DNA from: Candidatus Limnocylindrales bacterium
GTDB lineage: Bacteria > Chloroflexota > Limnocylindria > Limnocylindrales > CSP1-4
Direction: 5' to 3'
NCBI GenBank assembly: GCA_038237595.1
Contig: JBBRYO010000001.1
Coordinates: 1 to 63,640 of the forward strand
Length of the DNA stretch: 63,640 nucleotides
Positions 57,001 through 63,640 of the stretch are shown here, piece after piece (the first letter of the stretch is position 1; the number at the start of each line of letters is the position of its first letter). The position numbers and the translations under genes were made by a program. Under the pieces are notes generated by a model. That model worked only from the letters and a program-made list of their open reading frames with translations, did not search any database and was not told the origin of the DNA.

Positions 57001-58681
57001 CCGCAAGGCGCAGCCCGGCCAGTCCCTGATCAGCCCGCCGCCCCACCACGACATCTACTCGATCGAGGACCTCGCACAGCTGATCGCCGACCTGCGGGCC
57101 ATCAACCCGGGCGCGCGGATCGGCCTGAAGCTGGTGGCTGCCCTCGGCATCGGCACGATCGCGGCGGGGGTGGCCAAGGCGGGGGCCGACTACATCATGG
57201 TCAGCGGCCATGCCGGCGGCACCGGCGCAAGCCCGCTGAGCTCGATCAAGCACGCCGGCATTCCCTGGGAGCTCGGTCTTGCCGAGGTCCACCAGGTCCT
57301 CATGCGAAACGGCCTGCGTGACCGGGTTGCGCTGCGCACCGACGGCGGCTTCCAGACCGGCCGCGACGTGCTCGTCGCCGCGCTGCTCGGCGCGGAGGAA
57401 TACGGCTTCGGAACGGCCGCGCTCGTGGCGCTCGGCTGCGACATGGCACGCCAGTGCCACCTCGACACGTGCCCGACCGGCATCGCCACACAGCGTGAGG
57501 ACCTGCGCGCCAAGTTCACCGGTATGCCCGATCACGTCGAGCGTTTCTTCCGCGCCATCGCGGAGGATGTCCGACAGGAGCTGGCACTCCTCGGAAAGCG
57601 CTCACTGGCCGAGGTGATCGGCGATCCCAGCCTGCTCGTGCAGGCACCCGAAGCCATCCCCACGCTCGACCTCGCACGCCTCCTGGGCGCGCCCGCCTGG
57701 CGGGTTCCCTCTACCCGCCGGGCGGACCCCGCCCGTTCCCGGCTCGAAGTCGAGCGCGCGCCCGCGTCTGCCGTGGAAGCTCGCCTCGCGGCCAGCTACG
57801 CGCATCTGCCGCACGTGCATCCCGACCCCGCGATACCGAGCCTGGAGCACGCCGACTGCGGCGTCGAGCATCATTCGTTCGAGGCAAGCTCCGCGATCAC
57901 CACGGCCGACCGCTCATTCGGGGCCCATGTGTCGGGGCTGATCGAGCGGAAGATCGTCCGCCGTCCGGTCGTCTGGAGGCTGGAGGGCTCGGCTGGCCAG
58001 AGCTTCGGCGCCTTCGCGGGCCCGAGCATCAGCCTGGAGCTGATCGGCCAGGCCAACGACTACGTCGGCAAGGGTCTGTCGGGCGGGGTTGTCGTCGTCC
58101 GCCCGGAGCCGGAGCTCCTCGAGCGCGCCGGCGACCTCGCCATCGCCGGCAACACCTGCCTCTATGGCGCCACCGGTGGCCGGCTGCACGTGGTGGGACG
58201 CGCCGGGATGCGCTTCGCTGTGCGCAACAGCGGCGCGATTACGGTCGTGGAGGGTGTCGGGGCCCACGGCTGCGAATACATGACCGGCGGGGCCGCCGCG
58301 ATCCTCGGCCCCGCCGGGCGCAACCTCTGCGCGGGCATGACCGGCGGCCGCGTCTACCTGCACGACCCGACGGGGCGTCGCATCGAGGCGCTCGACCGGA
58401 CGTCGGCGCGCGCGGTTCGCCTCTCCACCCTCATGGGCGCGCGCGACGACGCCGCCGACCGGCTCGACGAGTTCCGTGGCCTGCTCGAGATGCACCGTGA
58501 CGCCGGCTCGCGCCAGGCACGGGCATTGCTGGGCCGCAAGGGCCGCCTCGGCGACGAGGTCTGGCTGATCGAGCCGATCGACTCGGTTCCGACCGGTGTG
58601 GTGGACGCGGCGGTCGAACCGTTGAGCGCGCCCGAGCTGCTACCCAGCCGCCAGCCGGTCGACGTGGCGCTCGCCGGCTGA
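54074..58681 (+). CDS. gltB: Glutamate synthase large subunit (GltB / Fd-GOGAT-like, about 1535 aa)
   Basis: ATG 54074 inside ORF 53303..58681. Ntn-amidotransferase start FEHDACGVGFVA, central SNSGEGGEDP, FMN region KIAQGSKPGEGGQLP, and the C-terminal GXGXG domain. No small-subunit gene follows. Confidence 0.93.
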   Translation: MAPGDLAYPLYDPRFEHDACGVGFVADAGGRSRHRVLPLTLTGLASLGHRGAFAADGESSDGAGVALPLEPALVRHLAPGFFGRPGVLMLFLPVDPDANLEARRLVETALRTEGLDPALWRDVPVDPDALGSQARGSMPAIAQVIVPAVGPTRLAFERKLLLARRRMELAAAEAEVEAFAVASASSRTVVYKGLVSGERLGDFYLDLGAPNLSLSHANFHQRYATNTTPSWGLAQPFRLISHNGEINTVRGNREELRGRRARLGGVMGAQLAALGPLLTGQGSDSLSLDETLDLLLAAGWRLDAALLLAIPESTEMRGEAIPELDAFRRRTAGMLSPWDGPAAMVFSDGRRVGAMLDRNGLRPAAVTITHDGLVAVASEAGAVPITAAETAERLRLGPGEMLVVDPARRSIHRDVVAKLLAARSVGGGARRASAPRTTFFDDAAAALPDRTTPRGRWLAGLDAERQRLDIKTMALDAHEPLWSMGDDTPTPALSRLDRPVADHLRQSFAQVTNPAIDPERERIVMDMAVELGRRPQLLGRVPAQPRTLRLPSPFVVDLAALRRSFAGGRGGPRRRLRTLDATWDPAEGRLGLSAALGRLADEARLAAADGVELLITSDRAVAGGDRLPIPSVLAVGAVHTALTDAGLRGEIDLLVDASDILDVHAAAMALASGAGAVVPWLAIELAAELAGSRGGETLSAVDTITNLVRALEKGLRKVLARMGISAVASYAGGQFFEILELAPEVTVRCFPAAPAWPGTVDFAAIADRQLRRMEAASKLPSGDRLPDPGFVRFRADGEHHFYAPTIVKAVQTLSGAIEAEAPADMPPRDPLAAYRESLSRSAATVRDHLELRSRDAPIPLDEVEPAAPILRRFVGAAMSLGALSPEAHQALTIGLRRIGAASNSGEGGEDPAWYDDGPDGIRHDTAIKQVASARFGVTATYLSRAEQLEIKIAQGSKPGEGGQLPAKKVTPLIAALRKAQPGQSLISPPPHHDIYSIEDLAQLIADLRAINPGARIGLKLVAALGIGTIAAGVAKAGADYIMVSGHAGGTGASPLSSIKHAGIPWELGLAEVHQVLMRNGLRDRVALRTDGGFQTGRDVLVAALLGAEEYGFGTAALVALGCDMARQCHLDTCPTGIATQREDLRAKFTGMPDHVERFFRAIAEDVRQELALLGKRSLAEVIGDPSLLVQAPEAIPTLDLARLLGAPAWRVPSTRRADPARSRLEVERAPASAVEARLAASYAHLPHVHPDPAIPSLEHADCGVEHHSFEASSAITTADRSFGAHVSGLIERKIVRRPVVWRLEGSAGQSFGAFAGPSISLELIGQANDYVGKGLSGGVVVVRPEPELLERAGDLAIAGNTCLYGATGGRLHVVGRAGMRFAVRNSGAITVVEGVGAHGCEYMTGGAAAILGPAGRNLCAGMTGGRVYLHDPTGRRIEALDRTSARAVRLSTLMGARDDAADRLDEFRGLLEMHRDAGSRQARALLGRKGRLGDEVWLIEPIDSVPTGVVDAAVEPLSAPELLPSRQPVDVALAG

Positions 58682-58708
58682 CCGCGTTTCGGAAGCTGGC
58701 GCGTCCGA

Positions 58709-59680
58709 TCAGGGCCGAAGCCGCGCCCCGAACCAGCGCATTCGCTCGATGTCATGGAAAGCCTGGCCGCCCTCGTGCGCATTGAAGGCGTACTCGCGGA
58801 TCTCCTTCGGGCCTCCGTAGTGGTTGAAGGCGGCGTAGACCGTCGAGGGTGGGGTGACCTCGTCCATCAGGCCCACGGAGAAGAGTGCCGGCGCGGTGGC
58901 CCGGCGCCCGAGAATTGCGACGTCGAAGTAGGCGAGCGTTCGGAAGGCGTGCTCGACGTGGTCCCGGTGCGCCTTCAGGTAGCGGGCGATCTCGCCGTAG
59001 GGGTCGGTGTCCACGATGGTCGTGGCACGCCGAAAGTCGCTCAGGAACGGGACGTCCGCCGCGACCGCGGCCACGTCGCCGACGAGGGCGGCGACAGCGA
59101 GACTGATGCCACCTCCCTGGCTGCCGCCGGTAACCGCGACGCGCGCGGAATCCACGGCCGGATGGCTCCGCGCCGTCTCGACGGCGCGAACGCCGTCGGT
59201 GTAGAGGCGCCGGTAGTAGTACGTCTCAGGATCGAGGATGCCGCGCGTCATGAAGCCTGGATGAGCGGGCGCACCGGCACCATCCGGGTCAGGTGTCTCC
59301 CCGACGGACCAGCCCGAACCCTGGCCTCGCGTATCCATCACGAGGTGTGCGTAACCCGCGGCCGCCCACAGGGTCCGTTCGTGCGGGAGGCCCCGACCGC
59401 CGCCGTACCCGGCGTACTCCACGATCGCCGGCAACGGCTCCTGGCGCTGCGACGGAAGATGCAGCCAGGCGCGGATGGGCGCGCCAGCGAAACCGCAAAA
59501 CCGGACGTCCAGCGTTTCGATCAAGGAGAGCCCGGTGTCGACCGGCTCAAACCTGGCGCCGAGATCGGTGGTCCGAGCCTCGTCCAGCGTGGCCTTCCAG
59601 AAGTCGTCGAGGTCGGACGGGACGGCGAGCGACGGCTTGTACCGCCGAAGCTCGTCGAGGGGAAGGTCGAACTGGGACAT
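58709..59680 (-). CDS. Acetyl xylan esterase / cephalosporin-C deacetylase family (CE7) hydrolase
   Basis: 323 aa. MSQFDLPLDELRRYKP, YAGYGGGRG, nucleophile elbow GGSQGGG, and the C-terminal ...AFNAHEGG. Confidence 0.85.
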   Translation of the reverse strand: MSQFDLPLDELRRYKPSLAVPSDLDDFWKATLDEARTTDLGARFEPVDTGLSLIETLDVRFCGFAGAPIRAWLHLPSQRQEPLPAIVEYAGYGGGRGLPHERTLWAAAGYAHLVMDTRGQGSGWSVGETPDPDGAGAPAHPGFMTRGILDPETYYYRRLYTDGVRAVETARSHPAVDSARVAVTGGSQGGGISLAVAALVGDVAAVAADVPFLSDFRRATTIVDTDPYGEIARYLKAHRDHVEHAFRTLAYFDVAILGRRATAPALFSVGLMDEVTPPSTVYAAFNHYGGPKEIREYAFNAHEGGQAFHDIERMRWFGARLRP

Positions 59681-59684
59681 TCGC

Positions 59685-60083
59685 TCAGCCCGCCCCGATG
59701 ACGCGGATCAGGAGGGCGAAGCCTTCCGGAGTTCCGACCCATCGGCCGCGCAGGTCCTCGATGCCGACGCGCCGTCGAACGTAGCGCATGGCGACCGCGG
59801 CCACGATCACGTCGTCGAGCGGGCCGAGCACCGGGATGAACTCCGGGATCAGGTCGATGGGCGAGACGATCCAGGCCACGAGCCCAATCAGGACCACTCG
59901 CACGTCGAGCGGCGCGGTTCGGTCGGCGATGAGCGAGCGGAGCAATCGCAGGACGTCCGGCACGACTCGCACCAGCTCCTTGAGGGACACGCCTTTGGGA
60001 CGGACGGCCCAGAAAACCAGGAGCATCAGCAGCCACGCGGCAGCGATGCCGACCACGATGGCCACGATGACGGTCCAATCCAT
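59685..60083 (-). CDS. DUF1232 (YkvA-like) membrane protein
   Basis: SPIDLIPEFIPVLGPLDDVIV is the family signature. ATG 60083 (MDWTVIV...) preferred over 60107. Confidence 0.7.
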   Translation of the reverse strand: MDWTVIVAIVVGIAAAWLLMLLVFWAVRPKGVSLKELVRVVPDVLRLLRSLIADRTAPLDVRVVLIGLVAWIVSPIDLIPEFIPVLGPLDDVIVAAVAMRYVRRRVGIEDLRGRWVGTPEGFALLIRVIGAG

Positions 60084-60212
60084 CAAGTGACTATGCCACG
60101 CGATCATCGACGCGAGTGCTGCTCAGGTCTCCGACCGATGTCGCGCGGGTGGCTCGGTCGGCAGTCGGCGACGCTGCGCGCCGCCACCACCTTGACAACC
60201 CATGGATGCGGA

Positions 60213-60673
60213 ATGTCAGACTGCCGCATGCCCGAGAACTTCTCCGTCCTGGCCCGTCCCCACATCGAGAGCCTGCTCGAGCCGGGTGAGATGCTGCGCG
60301 GTGTCGCCGCGGCCGTCCACCAGAAGACGTTCAGCGGAACGCTCTACGCGATCGGAGTGACCGACCGGCGCGTGTTGCTGCAGCCGGTCGGTCGCAAAGG
60401 CGAGCCGAAGGACCAGCCGCGCATTCTCACTGCCGAAACGGTCAGTCGGCCGAGCTCGACGGCGCCGGCAGCGGCTGGTGGACCGCGCCCGAAATGATCC
60501 TCGACGCATCCGCCCTGACGCTCAAGCTCCGCACCCGCGACGGCGAGAAGCTGAACCTGATGATGATGAAGGGCGGCAGCGGCATGTTCGGGGGACTGGC
60601 CGGCGGCCAGCCACAGCAGGAAGGCGTCCTCGCGCTCGCCGGCTGGGTCCAGCAGAACTTCCCGCCCCGCTGA
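60213..60673 (+). pseudogene. PH-domain-like hypothetical protein, frameshifted near 60441-60443
   Basis: The frame of ORF 59475..60497 from ATG 60213 gives MSDCRMPENFSVLARPHIESLLEPGEMLRG...LTAETV. Own translation of another frame continues QSAELDGAGSGWWTAPEMILDASALTLKLRTRDGEKLNLMMMKGG...WVQQNFPPR to TGA 60671-60673. Confidence 0.55.
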
Positions 60674-60710
60674 GATCCGGCTTCCGGCTGCACGCCGCTT
60701 CCGGCTGCCC

Positions 60711-60744
60711 GCGGCGGGCGGCGGGCGGCGGGCGGCGGGCGGCG
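60711..60744 (+). repeat. Heptamer tandem repeat (GGCGGGC)n forming a canonical G3N4G3N4G3N4G3 motif
   Basis: GGG tracts at 60716, 60723, 60730 and 60737, separated by CGGC. Lies 30 nt upstream of the hppD start. Preceded by a 17-nt-period duplicate of GCTTCCGGCTGC (60680, 60697). Confidence 0.85.
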
Positions 60745-60773
60745 TACGATAGTCCGCCAGGAGGATCGCGACC

Positions 60774-61943
60774 TTGACCGAGACCATCGAACGCGGCGCG
60801 GCCAACCAGGCTGGCGCGCACATCAACAAGGATGCCTACGCGGAGGCACAGGATTTTCTCCCGCTCAAGGGAATCGACCACGTCGAGTTCTGGGTGGGCA
60901 ATGCCAGACAGGCCGTGGCCTACTACCGCGCGCTGTGGGGCTTCACGCCGGTCGCCTACGCGGGCCTCGAGACGGGCGTTCGGGACCGCGCCAGCTATGT
61001 CATCAGGCGGAACGACATCACGTTCGTGATCACGGCACCGCTCACGCCCGATGGGGAGATCGCCGAGCACGTCCACCGGCACGGCGACGGGGTCCATGAC
61101 ATCGCATTTGCCGTCGACGACGCCGCGTCCGCTTGGCACGAGACCACGACGCGCGGCGCCCGGAGCTACCTGAAGCCCGCCGAGCTCGATGGTGGAGACG
61201 ACGGCGTCCTGCGCCAGAGCGCCATCCACACCTATGGCGAGGTCGTGCACTCGTTCGTCGACCGCAACGACTACCACGGGGTCTACGCGCCCGGCTACCG
61301 CAAGGTCAAGAAGCCCGGGAAGGCAGCCGAGGGCCTGAGCCTCCTGGAGATCGATCACTGCGTCGGCAACGTCGGGCTCGGCCAGATGAACGAGTTCGTC
61401 GACTTCTACAAAGACGTGCTCGGTTTCGCGCAGCTGATCCACTACGACGACAAGGTGATCCACACCGAGTACTCGGCGCTGATGTCCAAGGTCATGACCA
61501 ACGGCAACGGCCGCGTCAAGTTCCCGATCAACGAGCCGGCCACCGGCAAGAAGAAGAGCCAGATCCAGGAGTTCCTCGACTGGTATCTCGAGTCGGGCAC
61601 GCAGCACATCGCGCTGCGGACGGAGAACATCGTGGCCACGGTCCGCCAGCTGCGAGAGAACGGCGTCGAATTTCTGGGCATGCCGCACGAGTACTACGCG
61701 ACCCTCGCTGATCGCGTCGGCGACGTCGGCGTGCCGATGGAGACGCTGGAAGAGCTGGGCATCGAGGCCGATCGCGACGAGGAGGGCTACCTCCTCCAGA
61801 TCTTCACCCGGCCAATCCAGGACCGGCCGACCTTCTTCTTCGAGATCATCGAGCGCCACGGCTCGCGCGGCTTCGGCGTGGGCAACTTCAAGGCGCTGTT
61901 CGAGGCGATCGAGCGGGAGCAGGCCAAGCGAGGCAACCTCTAG
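60774..61943 (+). CDS. hppD: 4-hydroxyphenylpyruvate dioxygenase
   Basis: 389 aa. IDHVEFWVGNARQA, IDHCVGNV, and the C-terminal FFEIIERHGSRGFGVGNFKALFEAIEREQ. Confidence 0.93.
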   Translation: MTETIERGAANQAGAHINKDAYAEAQDFLPLKGIDHVEFWVGNARQAVAYYRALWGFTPVAYAGLETGVRDRASYVIRRNDITFVITAPLTPDGEIAEHVHRHGDGVHDIAFAVDDAASAWHETTTRGARSYLKPAELDGGDDGVLRQSAIHTYGEVVHSFVDRNDYHGVYAPGYRKVKKPGKAAEGLSLLEIDHCVGNVGLGQMNEFVDFYKDVLGFAQLIHYDDKVIHTEYSALMSKVMTNGNGRVKFPINEPATGKKKSQIQEFLDWYLESGTQHIALRTENIVATVRQLRENGVEFLGMPHEYYATLADRVGDVGVPMETLEELGIEADRDEEGYLLQIFTRPIQDRPTFFFEIIERHGSRGFGVGNFKALFEAIEREQAKRGNL

Positions 61944-61969
61944 GTGTCTCGCGCACTCTGGGTTCGACG

Positions 61970-62371
61970 GTGGGAGCGACGATCGCTGCGGGGTGCGAGG
62001 CGACGGGCATCGATGCCGACGTCTTCGGAACGAACGACCTCGGGATCACGGTAAATGCCGGAAACGGGGCAGACGTCGTCTCAGGGGCCGGCGGCTCGGG
62101 AACGAAGGATCCTTACCCGCTCGGCCTCAAGATCCACGGCGGCGCCGGTGCCGACGCGATCACCGGCGGCACCCATGCCGAGCGCCACGAAGAACCCGAG
62201 CACCGAAGCGCCCTTCCCCGGCATGATGCGGTATCCGCTCATCCGCTGCCTCACAACCAGTCAGTGGCGGGCCATTCCCCCGTGCATCGTAGTCTGGGCT
62301 TGTCCGTCAATGAGCAATGGGCCGGAAATGGAAGAGCCGCCATCCCCCAGGACAGCGGCTCCTTCCGTTAG
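61970..62371 (+). other. Possible remnant of a Gly/Asp-rich (RTX-like) repeat protein; coding status doubtful
   Basis: The first 80 codons read NAGNGADVVSGAGGSGT...HGGAGADAITGG with fairly high GC3. The rest is implausible. A 53-codon antisense ORF (62081..62242) fits about equally well. Confidence 0.2.
62330..62366 (-). terminator. Hairpin downstream of metH and a small ORF
   Basis: GGAAGGAGCCGC-loop-GCGGCTCTTCC on the minus strand, followed by ATTTCC. Confidence 0.45.
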
Positions 62372-62400
62372 GCGGCGTGGGAGAGCTCCACGCCGTCCGG

Positions 62401-62574
62401 CTATGGGCGGTGGAGCGTGATGACGTGGAGGGAGCGGCGCTGGGAGCGGACAAGGCGCAGTGATCCGCGCTGCGGCCGATCGATGCGCAGGACGTCGGCG
62501 AGCATGGCCTGGCGGACTTCCCTCGGCACATCCGCCCTGGCCGCTGTCGTTTCGCGGCTTGTGGATGCGTTCAT
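62401..62574 (-). CDS. Small hypothetical protein (57 aa) downstream of metH
   Basis: ATG 62574 about 9 nt behind GGAAAGAGGG. MNASTSRETTAARADVPREVRQAMLADVLRIDRP... has GC3 typical of the genome. No recognisable family. Confidence 0.3.
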   Translation of the reverse strand: MNASTSRETTAARADVPREVRQAMLADVLRIDRPQRGSLRLVRSQRRSLHVITLHRP

Positions 62575-62744
62575 CTCGCTCATCCCTCTTTCCGTGCCGA
62601 CGGCACCGACCGGTGCAATTTCGCCGAGCACAAACGTAGGTCGAGCGGGCCAGGACCCGTGATCCCCTTTCCGACACCCGCGCTGTCAGATCGGCGTCAC
62701 CGGTTGCAGCTGCGCGCCGTCCCGACCGGCCCGCGGTTGTGTTC

Positions 62745-63640
62745 TCAGGCCGCGGGGCTTGCCACTCCCTGCGGCTCGTCGGCGAGGTTGGGCGCCAGCC
62801 AGCGCTCGGCCTCCAACACGGACCAGCCCTTTCGGCGGGCGTAGTCGAGCAGCTGGTCTCGCCCGATCCGGCCGAGGCCGTAGTAGCGGGCCTGCGGGTG
62901 CCAGAAGTAGTAGCCGCTGACCGAGGACGCGGGCAACATCGCCATCGATTCGGTGAGCTCGATCCCGGCCCGCTTCTTCGCGTCCAGGAGCGAGAAGATC
63001 GTGCTCTTCTCGGTGTGGTCAGGACAGGCCGGGTAGCCAGGCGCCGGCCGGATTCCCTGGTACGACTCCGCGATCAGCGCCCCGTTGTCGAGCGCCTCGT
63101 CCGGGGCGTAGCCCCACATATCGCGGCGCACCATCTCGTGGAGTCGCTCGGCGAAGGCCTCCGCCAGGCGGTCCGCCAGCGCCGTGAGCAGGATTGCCGA
63201 GTAGTCGTCGTGGACGGCCGTGTACTTCGCGCGTGCCTCTTCGAGGCCGAGCCCCGCCGTCACCGCGAACGCGCCGACGTAATCCGGCACCCCCGAGCCT
63301 TTCGGTGCCGTGTAGTCCGCCAGAGCCACGTTCGGCTTCTCCGAGGCGCGCCCGGTCTTCGCCATCTGCTGGCGCAGCGTACGGAAGCGCGCGAGCACCT
63401 TGGTCCGCGAGTCGTCGGCGTACAGCTCGATGTCGTCGTCAGGCGTTGAGGCCGCCGGCCAGAAGCCGACCACCCCGTTCGCCCGGAGCGTGCGGTCGGC
63501 AACCACCTGCTTGAGCATCGCCTGCGCGTCGGCGAACAGGGACGAAGCGGCGTCGCCGACGACCGGGTCCGTGAGGATCTCCGGGTAGCGCCCGGCCAGC
63601 TCCCAGGTCGAGAAGAACGGCGTCCAGTCGATTCGATCGA
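62745..63640 (-). CDS. metH: Methionine synthase, C-terminal AdoMet-binding reactivation domain; 5' part lies beyond the right window edge
   Basis: The frame of ORF 62745..63518 stays open to position 63640 (IDWTPFFSTWELAGRYPEIL...). Conserved RPAPGYPACPDH and ...SVSGYYFWHPQARYF-like ending. Confidence 0.9.
   Translation of the reverse strand, partial: DRIDWTPFFSTWELAGRYPEILTDPVVGDAASSLFADAQAMLKQVVADRTLRANGVVGFWPAASTPDDDIELYADDSRTKVLARFRTLRQQMAKTGRASEKPNVALADYTAPKGSGVPDYVGAFAVTAGLGLEEARAKYTAVHDDYSAILLTALADRLAEAFAERLHEMVRRDMWGYAPDEALDNGALIAESYQGIRPAPGYPACPDHTEKSTIFSLLDAKKRAGIELTESMAMLPASSVSGYYFWHPQARYYGLGRIGRDQLLDYARRKGWSVLEAERWLAPNLADEPQGVASPAA

Overview
This is a very GC-rich bacterial chromosomal segment. 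Codon third positions are almost all G/C, ribosome-binding sites are strong GGAGG types, and many gene pairs share ATGA/GTGA start-stop overlaps. This fits an actinobacterial- or Chloroflexi-like genome. I support about 55 protein-coding genes, nearly all core metabolism.

Metabolic genes:
- a split arginine cluster (argC-argJ-argB, convergent argF, argG-argH) with palindromic ARG boxes
- a dapB-dapA-dapD-lysA operon behind a long structured leader that ends in an intrinsic terminator
- thrC and two ammonium transporters
- argR in an operon with an orphan OmpR-type regulator
- a stand-alone glutamate synthase large subunit
- korAB (2-oxoacid:ferredoxin oxidoreductase)
- a PTS-dependent dihydroxyacetone kinase operon (EIIA-type dhaM, HPr, MIP channel, dhaK, dhaL, enzyme I)
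- copA, hppD and the 3' part of metH

Signalling genes: two cyclase-STAND-TPR giants, two histidine kinases, OmpR-type and CheY-like receivers, and two CBS-pair proteins.

I recognised no rRNA, tRNA, CRISPR array, transposase, integrase or phage gene.

Most noteworthy observations:
1. A second DhaL/Dak2 paralog is translationally coupled to a soluble GAF-PAS histidine kinase and a response regulator, divergent from the dha operon. This is a candidate undescribed DhaL-sensing two-component switch.
2. Seven conserved genes are each interrupted by a one-base indel: copA, a MerR/GyrI regulator, a LigB dioxygenase, the dha-linked kinase, dapB, a CPA2 antiporter and a PH-like protein. This points to assembly indel errors or to unusually widespread pseudogenisation.
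3. G-rich tandem repeats with G-quadruplex spacing occur in three intergenic regions.
4. An XRE-HTH / PD-(D/E)xK nuclease-like fusion is bracketed by tandem repeats.

All functional calls rest on motifs read from the translations. No database search was run.
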